A stretch of DNA of 64,000 nucleotides from Macrostomum hystrix (lineage: Eukaryota; Animalia; Platyhelminthes). The translations under genes and the position numbers were made by a program. Below the pieces are notes generated by a model. It saw only the letters and a program-made list of their open reading frames with translations, had not been told where the DNA came from and did not search any database. Positions 27,601-41,663 of this stretch are shown piece by piece. Each line of letters begins with the position of its first letter. Position 1 is the first letter of the stretch. The stretch lies in contig CATNEN010000039.1 in NCBI GenBank assembly GCA_950097015.1, positions 6,820,001 through 6,884,000 of the forward strand. Reading direction: 5' to 3'.

Positions 27601-29619
27601 TTGATAGGATAAGATAAGAAGTATTGTGGCATCTCAAGATAAGAAATTAAGACAAGAAAATATAAGATTTTTTAAAGACAAATATTTTAATTAAAAATCT
27701 TTAAATGCTTTTAATTTGCTATTATAATATAATATAAATATAAAATATAAATATAATTAAATATAGTGATTGTTTCTGACATAATGATATTTAATTTTAA
27801 TTTTTTAATTTTATCTAATAAACCCATTTTAATAAGATACTACCAGTGCTTTATATTTAAATGGTGAAACTCTTTATAAATTTCTTGACACATACTAAAA
27901 CATGAAAACTCAAGATCTTGAGTCAAATTGACATTGGTTGAAATATAAATTCTTAACAAGATTTGAAATAAAATAAGATTTACATGCTCTAAAGGCCATA
28001 CAGGCCATGTTACATTCAATCAATAGCTAGTTATCATAAAATCTTTAACTATATTTTAAAAAATAATTGATTGTTTAGCAGTATAAAATAACAAATAGAA
28101 AGTCTTTCCATATTGGCACTTTTTTAAATAAATATTTTACAAAACTTGTTGAATTGATTGAACATGCTAGTAACATATTTTATTAATAAATAATAGGCCA
28201 TTAATTTCTGCTTTGTAAAATCAGATTGACTTCTAAAATGATTTTTACTTTTTCATCTATAAAATTAGGAAGATGTTATTTGTCTGGTTAACCGGTTAAC
28301 CACCCAAGGACTTAATTTCTCCCCTTTCAATGAGCAGGAGCAACGATCTTCCCAAAGACTACTCTTGCCCTGCTGATAGCCATCTTGAGTCTTGACCTCA
28401 CAAAGACCAAACTATACCCTTGAACTAAGTTAGTCCCTCAAACAACCGAATTTCTGGAAAAGGTTTTAATTTTTTAAATTAGCTGATAAGCGAAAATAAT
28501 TTGAGACACAAACTTCAAATCTGAATGACTGTCTTTTTGCAGCTTGTTGATTATTTCATCTTACAAATGATATTGATAGGGCCTAGATAAAATTTAGATA
28601 AAAAGATGGATAAAAGCATGGTAGCACTTCAACCCCTTATAACTTAGTTATAAGTTATAACTTGGTTAACGGGATGAATAATCAAACCATAAAATTATGC
28701 CATGTGCCACAAAATTAAGGCATATCCAAGGCCTAAACCAAGTTTGTGGTATACTGGCAATAAATTATAAATAATTTTAAGAAACAAATAAAAACAGTTA
28801 TCAAGTTATTATAGTCAGTAGAAGTATTGCTGTAGCCAAAATAGAAAGTTTCCAAACACATTTCATAGGTAGCCTAGCAATATATACTCATCAAGATGTC
28901 TAATTCACAAAGTAACCAACTGGCATTGGTATTATTGGTCCCAGGTCCTTTGGTGACAAGACATTTGGGTGACAGTCATTATGGTGACAGAATTGGTCAG
29001 TTCAGTGACAACTATTTTTGCACCTAAATATGCTGAGAAAACAGCCTTTCACAATCCAGCAGCTGCTTAAAGCCTGCACTCGCCTTGTCAATCCAAAACT
29101 TGAAAAATGATTATTATACACATTTAATTAGGAATGAATAACTATTGAAACTATTGACTACTCATTAAATAATTTAATAAGTTAACTCATTTAATTAAAG
29201 CAAAACCCAAAATTAATCAGAGCGATGCAGCTTCTTATTAATACTTATAGCATTATTTAATTAATACTCTATAAGTGTGCATAGTTAAAATAGAAGGCTG
29301 TTTTTAGCATATTTAGGTGCAAAAATAGTTGTCACCAATCTGACCAATTGTGTCACTGAAATGGCTTGAGTTGTCACCGAAATGACTGTCACGGAAATGT
29401 CTTGTCACCGAAATGACCTGGGAATGTCTAGGCCCCTATTTTCCAAGAGACATAGATGTTAAAATAAACACAGGACTCTAGTGACAGTGTTACTATTTTC
29501 TTTACCTTTTTAAGTCGATCAACTAGATCCGACTTATTGCCTGATACATCAAGGTTTCGAAGTATTAATTGATCTTTTAGCTCAACAACCTTGAGCTGCT
29601 TTAACAACTTAAGTGGCAT
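21689..29619 (-). CDS. SAFB: SAFB/SLTM-family protein (SAP + RRM + E/R-rich coiled region + Gly-rich tail); exons 29619-29506, 26631-26580, 26492-26395, 26321-26300, 26217-25824, 25750-25683, 25065-23382, 22175-21689; 972 aa
   Basis: SAP domain LKVVELKDQL..RNLDVSGNKSDLVDRL; SAFB-type RRM [32 protein letters not shown]; ER-rich region; C-terminal ...RRF. All junctions are GT-AG and frame-consistent, including a 22-nt micro-exon. Confidence 0.88.
28938..29422. mobile_element. MITE/foldback element with ~110-bp terminal inverted repeats built from short GTCATTTCGGTGACA-like subrepeats
   Basis: CCCAGGTC...GTGACAACTATTTTTGCACCTAAATATGCT (left) is the reverse complement of AGCATATTTAGGTGCAAAAATAGTTGTCAC...GACCTGGG (right); no clear TSD. 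Confidence 0.8.
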
Positions 29620-31507
29620 ACTTGACAGTGCTCAATCAAAAGATCAATCAACAAAAAATTGATGAAGCCAAAATCTGCCAGAACAATCCAATTTTTTAAA
29701 GGGTAGTAAGAATTTAAGGTGAAAGTCGTGTTCTTTAACAGAATCCAAACTTGGTATGTATAAGGCTACGAATTATTGAACACAATAATCTATTCTTCTT
29801 TTAAATTAAGATTGATTTGCACTATTTGTTTTATAGCATCTTAACAAATATTTTTATTTTAAGAAGCTGACAACCTAAAAATTTTACATTAATTGTTAGT
29901 TTTGTAAGACATATATCATATATATTTTTGTCCTAGTGTTATACTTTTTGTGCTTTTAGCGTGTATTTTTACAACAAAACAAAACAAAAGCCCAATAAGA
30001 CAGATTTCTGCTCTCTTAAAGTCCATTGATTTTAAACATCTTGAATTTAACGTTTAACTAAAAAATACTAATGGCCTCAGTTAACCGCACACTAAATAAA
30101 TTAGTTTAAGAAGTTGATCGAGTCACCCAAATAGCCACTGCAAGGACCACTAGAAGAAGAAGTGGTCCTTGAGCCACTAATGTATGTGTAAAAAAATCAA
30201 AGAAAATTTGTATAGTTAGTACCTAATTGTGTCAGTGCCTAAAATAGCAACACGTTTATTATTATTTTTAGTTTTTTTGCAAATAGTTTAACGCTCATCA
30301 TAGGACCAGGACCAGCTGTTGCTTGAAGGATGTCAGCCAACAAAAATGTCTAGGAATTCCTCAGTAACTACTTGAGAGCAAGTTTCAGGATGATGCTTTC
30401 AGGATGAAATTTCTACTGAAACATCAATATCTTTCTTTTTTCTTAATGCTTCATTGCACATCATGCCTCAGCTTGTAGATAATTTCTTCAACTTTCAAAT
30501 TAGTTGTTCTGTGAAACACAATAGCTTGTTTCTGTCTTGCATGAGACCAAGGAAGAAGTCAAAATTCTTGTTCAGTTTTGAAGATACACTGTTTGGTTGA
30601 TGATACATTACCCTAGCAAATCCTCAATGCAACAAGCATAGGTGCAGCTAGGCAATCACAATCAACTAGCTATCTTTGTAGTTAGTTGAATGTTAGCTAC
30701 CTAGATATGTATTAGATTAAGACATGAGAATAAGATGAAAATCCACTAGATCAACACCAATTTGGACAAGATTCTGTTGCCACCTACACAAAACATTTGG
30801 CAACATCCTTTTCTGGCTAACACACTACTTTGCCCTCTAAACATACCCCTATATAATAACTGAGTGGCTTATTGGTTGTCTTTAGTTAGTTTTCACTCAT
30901 TAAATGTTGAAAAAGTTAATATATTTTGTAAAATAATAATACATGCAGAACTTGAGGACTGCCCTATGTAGGATTAGTCACTAGTGCCTAATGGTCTCAA
31001 TTTAATCTCAGAAATTCATTGAGTTCTTGGATTGCGGCTGGGAGCTTCGTAGCTAGGCTTGGCCTATCTGTTGATAGCCAGACATGTTGAAGTAGATCTA
31101 TGCTTTGTACAGTCTTGCTATATGCCTTTAAACTCTTGTTTGGCTTTAACAAAGCAATTTTATGACCTATATAGTTTTTACTAACATTTTTGGATTAGCT
31201 TTTATTAGATTTTTAGGTACTGAAGTATTTAAATTAAAATGTGATTTATTAGCTATTATTGGTTGACAGTATCTATCTTTACTAAATTAATGATTAGTCT
31301 AGCAAAAAATATTTTCTTAGATATTTTAACTGAATGATTCTCAGGTTCAGTTTACCTCATTTAGCCTCTCTTGATGTTTTTGTCACTTTAAGCTTCTTTA
31401 TTTTTTTCAGTTGGCTCCTACGTAGTTCTGCATAAGATTTGAACAATTATTTTAATTATTATAATTTTGGTGCAAATACATATTTGGCATTCAACAGTTG
31501 CTGTGAG

Positions 31508-33794
31508 ATGCTGAGCAGTGTAAAAAACTGGTGGGGTGGTGCTGCCACTAGCACTGTTGGTGCCTCAGCAGTGAGCCAACCCGGTCAAGAAGCTTCTCAG
31601 TCAGTTGAGAAGGATGAGCATAAAACACCTACTGAAGAGTCTCCCGAGATTGCTGAAAGCACTTCTACCAAAGAGACTGAGGTATTAAATCAACTTTTAT
31701 TTAACAACTAGCATATTACTAATAAAATATATGCCTGTAATAAAGGATCCAACAAATATTAATAAATGGTTGCTAGGCAACTTTTTAGAAGGGATCAGTT
31801 GCTTGTTGCAAATTGTTGCTAGGCAATACTACAGATAGGATTTGTTGCTAGGAAATCCTGCAGATGGGATTAGTTGCTAGGAAACCCTGCAGATGGGATC
31901 ACAAAAAAGTTTTTTTGGCAACCCTACAGATAGAATTAGTATACGAGTATGGTTGCTAAGAAATCCTACCAATTGTATTAGTAAATAGTTGCTAGGCAAT
32001 CCTACAGATAGGATCAGTAAATGGTTGCTAGGCAATCCTGCAGATGGGATCACTAAATAGTTTATTGGTAGTCCTACAGATAAGATTAGTAAATGGTTGC
32101 TAGTCGATCCTACAGATAGGATCAGTAGATTGTTGCTAGGCAGTCCTACAGATCAGTAAAGTATCAGTAAATGACTGATGAGTGTGAATCCACTCCACTC
32201 CCTCGATAAACACAGGGCCAGCAGAAGGACGCGCCAAAGGAGCTGCTGAATGTCACTAAAGACATTTACAGCTATATCTATACATTTGGCAAGCGGGCTA
32301 CAACCACAGTGACTAGCAAGGCCAAGCAACTGGCCACTGCCCCAAACATAGTTGAAGAGTTTGATAGGCAGCAGCGCGAGTTTGTCAGCAGTCAAACTGA
32401 GCGGAGGGCGCGAGCCGAGGCCGCGGTGCCGCCCTGGGTTGGCTACGAGAATGAAGACCAGCTGCGCGAACAGATCCTGGCGCTAAGCAAGGACACGAGG
32501 AATTTTCTGCGCAGCCCTCCGCAGGGCGCCAATTTCGCATTCGATTTGGAGGCCTGCTCGCCGGTTGCCATGGCAACGCTAGAAGTTGACGAGAACTTAA
32601 AAAAGATGCGCTTCGAGTTGGTACCTAAGCGAGTTAAGGAGGCCGAATTTTGGCGGAATTATTTCTACAGGGTGAGACTTTGCAAGTTGTTAAAATTAGT
32701 TAAAAAACCACAGTTTTATTAACCCGCTACTACTGTAGTTTCAATCATTTTAACGTTTTAGTCAACATAAAACTAACTGCAATTCTACTTTCTAGAAATC
32801 GAACCGCATCCTAGATAATATTGAAAGACCAAGTCGAATGACGAACGCAATGATTAGATATTTTTCTTACTTAAAGTGCATTCTGGGTGTGGCCAAACGG
32901 TCTACCGCGTTGGCCACTCGCACCAAAGTCCTTGAGCTCGATTCCGTGGTTCGGCTACGTTGGTTTGGGACGCAGGCACAGATCAGAGAAGGCTTGGGGG
33001 GCTTGTCCAACAATTTTGCGCACTTCAGGGCCAACCTCGCACGGCCTCGCAAGTGTACACTACCTGACGATGAAAAAGTCAGGGGCACATGTACACACCT
33101 GTCATACCTGAGTGTGCGTGCTGTCTGCGGGTCTAGTGTCACCAATTTGGGCTGTGCCATTGCCCGCAGCCCTCCTGCAATTCTTATTGTTACTTAACAA
33201 TATTCTGTCTATAACTTGAATGTTAAACTCTTCACTGTGTTAAAAGTGCAATGATTTTTTATCCTAATTCGCACCTGTCCGCAGGTGAGCCTGATCCGCC
33301 AGTCGTCTCAGCTATCGGCTCTGGCCAGGTCCAACGCGGTCGTCGCTTCCGCCTGCCCAGACTCGGCTTCGACATCGAGCGACGCCGGCTATGAGAAAGT
33401 GTCGCCACCGCCGCCGCCCCAGCAGCAGCAGCCTAAATCTTCTCCGGCTTCGTCATCGCGCAATTCACCCGCAGTTGCCGCCCGCTCCGTCGGCGACGAT
33501 GTCGACGATAATGACGGCGACGATCCGGACTGCGGCGACTTTGCTAGCTCGGAGCTGGCCAATCAGCAGCCGCCAGCCAAGCTATCCAATATCGAGCGCC
33601 AGCGAATAGGAGGAGGCGGCGCCGGCGCTGTGGACTCAACGGCGGACGACTGGGAAGGCGAGCTGCAGCGCGAACTGAAAGAATTCGAGCTGGTGAACTC
33701 GGCTGACTCCAGGCCGGCCGCTGACGTCAGCAATGTTGACGATGAAGAACTGGAGCGCGAGATTATGGCCGAGCTGGATGAGGCGGCCAAATGA
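31508..33794 (+). CDS. SYAP1: Synapse-associated protein 1 / Sap47-like BSD-domain protein; exons 31508-31681, 32216-32671, 33285-33794, 379 aa
   Basis: AVPPWVGY..E...EQILALS.D.RNFLRSPP, LKKMRFELVPKRVKEAEFWRNYFYR|VSLIRQS (BSD domain) and acidic DDWE.EL..EL tail; GT-AG phase-0 junctions. Confidence 0.92.
31765..32170. repeat. Degenerate ~37-bp tandem repeat (GTTGCTAGGCAATCCTACAGATAGGATCAGTAAATG) in SYAP1 intron 1
   Basis: About 10 diverged copies. Confidence 0.8.
32885..33195 (+). mobile_element. tRNA-derived SINE (family B)
   Basis: A-box GTGGCCAAACGGTCTA, B-box-like GAGCTCGATTCC, body shared with 38997, 40757 and 52545 copies, (ATT)n-like tail. Confidence 0.8.
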
Positions 33795-34878
33795 AATCAG
33801 TTACAATGGCTAGTAGCTCTAACACTGACACAATTTTATAAGTCTTTGTAATAATGTTGTGTAATTAAAGATTTCGTATTGTCTTGTAAAATTCAAAATA
33901 ACGCCAAGAATAATATCAGAATTTAGGCTAGCAAGAAGCCATTTTTATTTATTATCCAGGCGTTCTTAAAATCTGTTATCCAGAAGGATGTATGACACCT
34001 CATCTAACCCCTTATGGTCCATGGACTGGACTGAAGAAGCCGACGTATTATGAGATTCTAACTCTCGACATCTTGATCAGAAGCAGAAAAGTTGAAATTC
34101 TGAGACAGGAGCTTTTTGTTTGGAATTTTTCATGTTTTAGTTGAAGTCTCCAATTGTTTATTAACTCGCATTGTATTGGGCCTTTCGAAATATTTGAATG
34201 CAATTCTTCAGTTATTCTGGTGTTTGGCAGAATTTCGTCATCGCTAAATGGGGAATATAGCTTTTCCTTTGTGATTCGTCGATTTCCTACTGTATTTTTC
34301 TTTAAAAAATCGATTTCATACAAAATTCTAATTGTAATAATCCTATACTATCTGTACAGATCTATACTATCACCAGACTGTTGTCTTCGTCATTCAAAAC
34401 TAATAAAACGCTTTATATACTACTTGCCCATGCAACTAAATTCAGATTTTTGGGTGAGGGATGGTGTCTGTAAAAATTTGGCTCTGGTGCAGTAAATGCC
34501 TGGTTTTGTATATTTTGTACAAAATGTCATTAAAAACACGGATAAAACTTTTGATTTCTTTAAACTAGAGTAAAACAATATAATATTCTTTTTTGTTATT
34601 CTGTTGCGTCTAAATACATTTTAAAGAATCAAATTAATTTCGTTTTGAGTGTATATGCATAATGCACCATTGAGTGCGGGTGTTTTATCGATCTAAATTT
34701 ACCTATAAATCAAGCACCTGACTTCAACCTGTTCGTTGTTTTGCTTAGACTGGACTAATGCAATGCGTGAAAAGTAGAACACAACCTAGACGTTTGGGAC
34801 TACTCTGAGTAGCAGAAACTTGCTCAATAAACATAAACCACAGCGTGAGAAAGCATTTCAAAGAAAGCTTCGCGCACA

Positions 34879-37830
34879 AGATGTTGATGGAAGAGTAATG
34901 ACCGATTCCCTGATGTAGATGGAAGAGTAATGACTGATTCCCTGATGTAGATGGGAGAGTAATGACTGATTCCCTGATGTAGATGGAAGAGTAATGACTG
35001 ATTCCCTGATGTAGATGGAAGAGTAATGAACGATTCCCTGATGTAGATGGGCGAGTAATGACCGATTCCCTGATGTAGATGGGAGAGTAATGACTGATTC
35101 CCTGATGTAGATGGAAGAGTAATGACTGATTCCCTGATGTAGATGGAAGAGTAATGAACGATTCCCTGATGTAGATGGGAGAGTAATGAACGATTCCCTG
35201 ATGTAGATGGGCGAGTAATGACCGATTCCTTGATGTAGATGGAAGAGTAATGACCGATTCTCTGATGTAGATGGAAGAGTAATGACCGATTCCCTGATGT
35301 AGATGGAAGAGTAATGACCGGTTCCCTGATGTAGATGGAAGAGTAATGACCGGTTCCCTGATGTAGATGGAAGAGTAATGACTGATTCCCTGATGTAGAT
35401 GGGAGAGTAATGACCGATTCCCTGATGTAGATGGGAGAGTAATGACCGATTCCCTGATGTAGATGGGAGAGTAATGACCGATTCCCTGATGTAGATGGAA
35501 GAGTAATGACTGATTCCCTGATGTAGATGGGAGAGTAATGACCGATTCCCTGATGTAGATGGGAGAGTAATGACCGATTCCCTGATGTAGATGGAAGAGT
35601 AATGACCGGTTCCCTGATGTAGATGGAAGAGTAATGACTGATTCCCTGATGTAGATGGGAGAGTAATGACCGATTCCCTGATGTAGATGGGAGAGTAATG
35701 ACCGATTCCCTGATGTAGATGGGAGAGTAATGACCGATTCCCTGATGTAGATGGAAGAGTAATGACTGATTCCCTGATGTAGATGGGAGAGTAATGACCG
35801 ATTCCCTGATGTAGATGGGAGAGTAATGACCGATTCCCTGATGTAGATGGGAGAGTAATGACCGATTCCCTGATGTAGATGGAAGAGTAATGACCGATTC
35901 CCTGATGTAGATGGGAGAGTAATGACCGATTCCCTGATGTAGATGGGCGAGTAATGACCGATTCCCTGATGTAGATGGAAGAGTAATGACTGATTCCCTG
36001 ATGTAGATGGGCGAGTAATGACCGATTCCTTGATGTAGATGGAAGAGTAATGACCGATTCCCTGATGTTGATGGAAGAGTAATGACTGATTCCCTGATGT
36101 AGATGGGCGAGTAATGACCGATTCCTTGATGTAGATGGAAGAGTAATGACCGATTCCCTGATGTAGATGGAAGAGTAATGACCGGTTCCCTGATGTAGAT
36201 GGAAGAGTAATGACCGATTCCCTGATGTAGATGGGAGAGTAATGACCGATTCCCTGATGTAGATGGGCGAGTAATGACCGATTCCCTGATGTAGATGGAA
36301 GAGTAATGACCGATTCCCTGATGTAGATGGAAGAGTAATGACCGGTTCCCTGATGTAGATGGAAGAGTAATGACCGATTCCCTGATGTAGATGGGAGAGT
36401 AATGACCGATTCCCTGATGTAGATGGGCGAGTAATGACCGATTCCCTGATGTAGATGGAAGAGTAATGACCGATTCCCTGATGTAGATGGGAGAGTAATG
36501 ACCGATTCCCTGATGTAGATGGGCGAGTAATGACCGATTCCTTGATGTAGATGGAAGAGTAATGACCGATTCCCTGATGTAGATGGAAGAGTAATGACCG
36601 ATTCCCTGATGTAGATGGGAGAGTAATGACCGATTCCCTGATGTAGATGGGAGAGTAATGACCGATTCCCTGATGTAGATGGGAGAGAAATGACCGATTC
36701 CCTGATGTAGATGGGCGAGTAATGACCGATTCCCTGATGTAGATGGAAGAGTAATGACTGATTCCCTGATGTAGATGGGAGAGTAATGACCGATTCCCTG
36801 ATGTAGATGGGAGAGTAATGACTGATTCCCTGATGTAGATGGGAGAGTAATGACCGATTCCCTGATGTAGATGGGAGAGTAATGACCGATTCCCTGATGT
36901 AGATGGGAGAGTAATGACCGATTCCCTGATGTAGATGGAAGAGTAATGACTGATTCCCTGATGTAGATGGGAGAGAAATGACCGATTCCCTGATGTAGAT
37001 GGAAGAGTAATGACTGATTCCCTGATGTAGATGGAAGAGTAATGAACGATTCCCTGATGTAGATGGGAGAGAAATGACCGATTCCCTGATGTAGATGGGC
37101 GAGTAATGACCGATTCCCTGATGTAGATGGAAGAGTAATGACCGATTCCCTGATGTAGATGGGCGAGTAATGACCGATTCCCTGATGTAGATGGAAGAGT
37201 AATGACTGATTCCCTGATGTAGATGGGAGAGTAATGACCGATTCCCTGATGTAGATGGGAGAGTAATGACCGATTCCCTGATGTAGATGGGAGAGTAATG
37301 ACCGATTCCCTGATGTAGATGGGAGAGTAATGACCGATTCCCGGATGTAGATGGAAGAGTAATGACCGATTCCCTGATGTAGATGGGAGAGTAATGACCG
37401 ATTCCCGGATGTAGATGGAAGAGTAATGACCGATTCCCTGATGTAGATGGAAGAGTAATGACCGATTCCCTGATGTAGATGGGAGATTAATGACCGATTC
37501 CCTGATGTAGATGGGAGAGTAATGACCGATTCCCTGATGTAGATGGGAGAGTAATGACTGATTCCCTGATGTAGATGGGAGAGTAATGACCGATTCCCTG
37601 ATGTAGATGGGAGAGTAATGACCGATTCCCGGATGTAGATGGAAGAGTAATGACCGATTCCCTGATGTAGATGGGAGATTAATGACCGATTCCCTAATGT
37701 AGATGGGAGAGTAATGACCGATTCTTGGATGTAGATGGGCGAGTATTGACCGATTCCCGGATGTAGATGGGAGAGTAATGACCGATTCCCGGATGTACAT
37801 GTAGATGGGAGAGTAATGACCGATTCCCTG
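34879..37830. repeat. 32-bp minisatellite (GATGTAGATGGGAGAGTAATGACCGATTCCCT), about 92 copies
   Basis: Highly homogeneous tandem array; the 980-aa ORF has a 32-aa period (= 3 units), as expected for an artefact. Confidence 0.98.
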
Positions 37831-38615
37831 GCGAAAAAAATTGGCGAAGTTTACAAGACAACTCGCATTTTCAGTGACAGTCTAACCAACAAACTGAGCA
37901 ATAAAGTCCAAATGCTTGCAGGAAATCGGCACAAAAAATGTAACAGCAAAGCAGAAAATTTTGGGCAATCGATTTTAGCCGAAACCGACAGTGCAGATGT
38001 AGCGAATAAACATGATTTCACTGGACCGGAAACTCGCCCACACTTGCTTCTGCTGCCACGTAAGCAACTACAGTACTCCGGCAGCAGCTCTAAGCAGCAG
38101 CTGGACTTTCTTGGGCGAGAGTGTAAATTTCTTGCTGAATTTGCAAAAAAATTGTCGATCTGTGGGAAATATCATAAAATAGTTTTTAAAACAAACTTAA
38201 AGAAACTTGTCGACTTCAGCATTTTTTTTCTACGAGTCGTAAATGACCCTCGTGGCTGCCTTTTGCATCGCCAAAAACAGACTTCTCGTGTTGCAAGTTT
38301 TTTATTGCTCAAAATCAACTTTTAGATTTTCTGTTTTACAACTTCATCCGATCAGCCAAATTGCCGAAATGCCTTGGCAACAGCTGTCGCTGGAGACTAG
38401 CATTTGGAGTATAAGAATGGCCGGCGCCTCGCATCGCAGCTCAATTCCCCTGCTAAGAGGTCTCAATTCCTATTCGAGAATTTATTCGGATTTTAAAAAA
38501 GCAGCTGAAATCGCAGTGAATCAAAGCGCATTGTTGATAGATCCATTGACTCCGACTTCTGAAGGCCACCATTTCGGCGAACACAGCCAGTTGAACTTCT
38601 CGAAGTCGACGAAGG

Positions 38616-41600
38616 ATGGGGGCGCTCGGAGTTAGAAAACTCGGCGCTCTCTTCCTTGCAGGTGAGAAACTTTTATAAATCTGATAGTGCGATTCTAGCC
38701 AGCATGATGGGCTGGAACTATAGGCTTTGGCAGGGGGCGAGTGGCCGATAGCCAGCATGATGGGCTGGAACTATAGGCTTTGGCAGGGGGCGAGTGGCCG
38801 ATAGCCAGCATGATGGGCTGGAACTATAGGTTTTGGCAGGGGGCGAGTGGCCGATAGCCAGCATGATGGGCTGGAACTATAGGTTTTGGCAGGGGGCGAG
38901 TGGCCGATAGCCAGCATGATGGGCTGGAACTATAGGTTTTGGCAGGGGGCGAGTGGCCGATAGCCAGCATGATGGGCTGGAACTATAGGTTTTGACAGGG
39001 GCCGAGCGGCCGAGCGGTCTAAAGCGTTTGCCTCGTGCAACAAGGTTCCTGAGCTCGATTTCCGCGGCGAGGCCACATTAGTTTGGAGCTTGGGGGCTTG
39101 TCATGTAATTTGCAAGGCCAACCAACAAGGCACAGTGAAAGTGTACACTGCCTGACGATAAGAAATTCAGGTCAGATGCTCAGGAGTCAGCGAAATGGGC
39201 AGAATTGCATGCTTGCTGGCTGTGACTCTAGTGCCACCTTGACTATGGGTTTGGCTTGAGCTATGGGTTTTGGCCATAAATAGGTATTTTCGATATGCTT
39301 CCGTTAATCTTTTGTTTCAGTGATCTGCATTGGGGCCACTTTGGCCGCTACAGAGGGTGAGTTCAGCAAAAATCTGTTTCTGTTATTTCACGCCTTTTTT
39401 AGGACCAGCTTCAGAAAGAGGGTGGATTAAATAATAATGTTCTTTTATTTTTAGAGGTGATTTGGGGCGGCTGGACAGAGTGGAGCAGCTCCACTGCAGG
39501 TGGGAAGACAGGTAAATCGATATTAATTACTAATTTCTACATCTTGCCAGTCTCATATGACCAAACCGAATCTCATCAACTAACAATTCAGGAGACAATG
39601 TCCAGAGCGAGGTCGTGACGTCCACTTCGACGGAGTGGTTCGAGGACAGCTCCGGTCGTTCCTCCAGCTGTGAGTTAAGTATTAGATGGCAAATATAAAC
39701 TAAGGCTGTGTACAACCATCCAGTCCATGGACTGGTAAAACTCCGCAGCTCTTGCCACTATTTAATAAGTTCAAAGATTTATAAATCACCTTCTAGCCAA
39801 TATGTACTCGTACGGATTTTCTTCATTGAAGTCGCTGAAGTAATAGTAGGGATTGAAGTGAATATATTTGGCCACGCCCAAAATTGACTAAAAAAAAAGA
39901 ATTTGATGAATCAAATTTCAGCCTCCTCGGACTCCACCGCCCGCAAGCGTTCTGGCAGAGGCGGAAGCGGCGGAAGCGGCGGCAGCGGCGGAAGCGGCCG
40001 AAGCGGCGGCAGCGGCGGCGGCAGCGGCGGCGGCAGCAAAAAGACCAAACAAGGTAAACACAGTATTTTTTCAAATTCAGCCAATTGAATTGAAAAAAGT
40101 GGATCTGGATGCTTCAATTCCTAAACATTGCGCTCAATAACTTGTGAAGGCGGCTCCAAGGATGGAGAATGGAGCAGCTGGACTGTTGTTGAAGACAGAT
40201 CAGGCTCGGCAGGCAAGTATAAGATTTCAGGACATTTATACTCACAGTTGAGTTCTCATAAATGACACACGAGTCTTCAATAAATTCTGTTATTCAATAA
40301 TTCCAGCTTCGTCTCGCTCCGACAGCAAAGTACGGTCAAGCAGCAGCAGCAGCAGCGGCGGCGGCAGCCGGTCCAAAAATGGTAACCAGCAATTTGTTCA
40401 GCTGTTTAAATTTGCGATCTCAGTTTGAAAACTTGGATTTTAAATGTTATCCCGATAAACTCATTCAATCAGGCGACTCTAAGGACGTTGAGTGGAGCAG
40501 TGTGACTGTCGTTGAAGACGCTGTGTCCGACTCAGGCAAGCGTAAGTGTCCGAAAAGTTTTCTTCCTTCGAGACTCTCACAGTGCACAGTCATGTGTTGA
40601 GCATCCTTTGCCAACAAGCTGAAATGTTATATTAGTTTAATTTCCTCAACTTCAGCATCTTCCGGATCCAACACCCGACGCAGATCTGCCAAAAGCAGCA
40701 GAAGCAGCAGCAGCAGCAGCGGCGGCAGTGGAAAATCTAAGAACGGTAAGCAAAAAGGTGAGTGGCAAAGCGGTCTAACGCGCTTGCCTCTCGCTCCAAG
40801 GTCCCTGAGCTCGATTCCGGGTTAAGGTCCATTCATTTGGGCCGCAGCCGCGGAGAGAAGGCTTGTGGGCTTGTCATGTGATTTACGCCCTTGAGGGCCA
40901 ACCTCCAAGGCACAGTGATCTGTCTGAGGATGAGAATGTCAGGGCAGATGTACACACCCGAGTGGTCGTGTGCCTGCGTATCGTGTACATGTGTGCTCAG
41001 GAGTCAGCGAAATGGGCAGAATTGCCTCCTCGCTGGCTGCGGGTCTAGTGTCACCGAATGATGTGCCATTGCCCTACTGCAATTATAATTATTTTATTAT
41101 TATTAATATTAATATTATTATGCACTAAGGGGTTGAGTAGTGGAGAAAAATTGCGTCCGACTCTAGCACCAAGATCCCTGAGCTCGATTCCGCGAACAAC
41201 CTATATTCATTTCAGAGCAGTCGTGGAGAGATGGCTTACTTCGTTTCTTAGAAAAAGTACTTACTAGTTTAGGAGTCAAGCTTTCGCATAATACACTAAG
41301 GAGATAGAAAAAAGTGAAAACGATAATGAAACCTCTGTTGTATTAAATAAAGCTTGACAGAAATCGACGAGGCTATAATTAAGCAAACTGATAACAATGG
41401 ATGAGATTATTTGATCCGCCTCTAGTCAAACGCAGTCACAAAATTTGGGCAGAGAAAAAACTTTCTTGCAGACTAAACTTGTAGAATGTCTCCAAATGAG
41501 CTTTGAGGGCCAAAAGTTCATGAAAACATTATTTATAGTTCGGGTAGTATAGGGCAATCGCATATTAATAACTAAACCTGACCATTTAATAGAGAATGAA

Positions 41601-41620
41601 CGCGCCAAGAAAAACAGCCG

Positions 41621-41663
<43 letters not shown>

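Noticed and set aside
34858-37800. 980-aa repetitive ORF, or a CRISPR-like array
   Set aside because: A 32-bp unit with no stop on the minus strand cycling through all three frames; no unique spacers, no cas genes, eukaryotic context.
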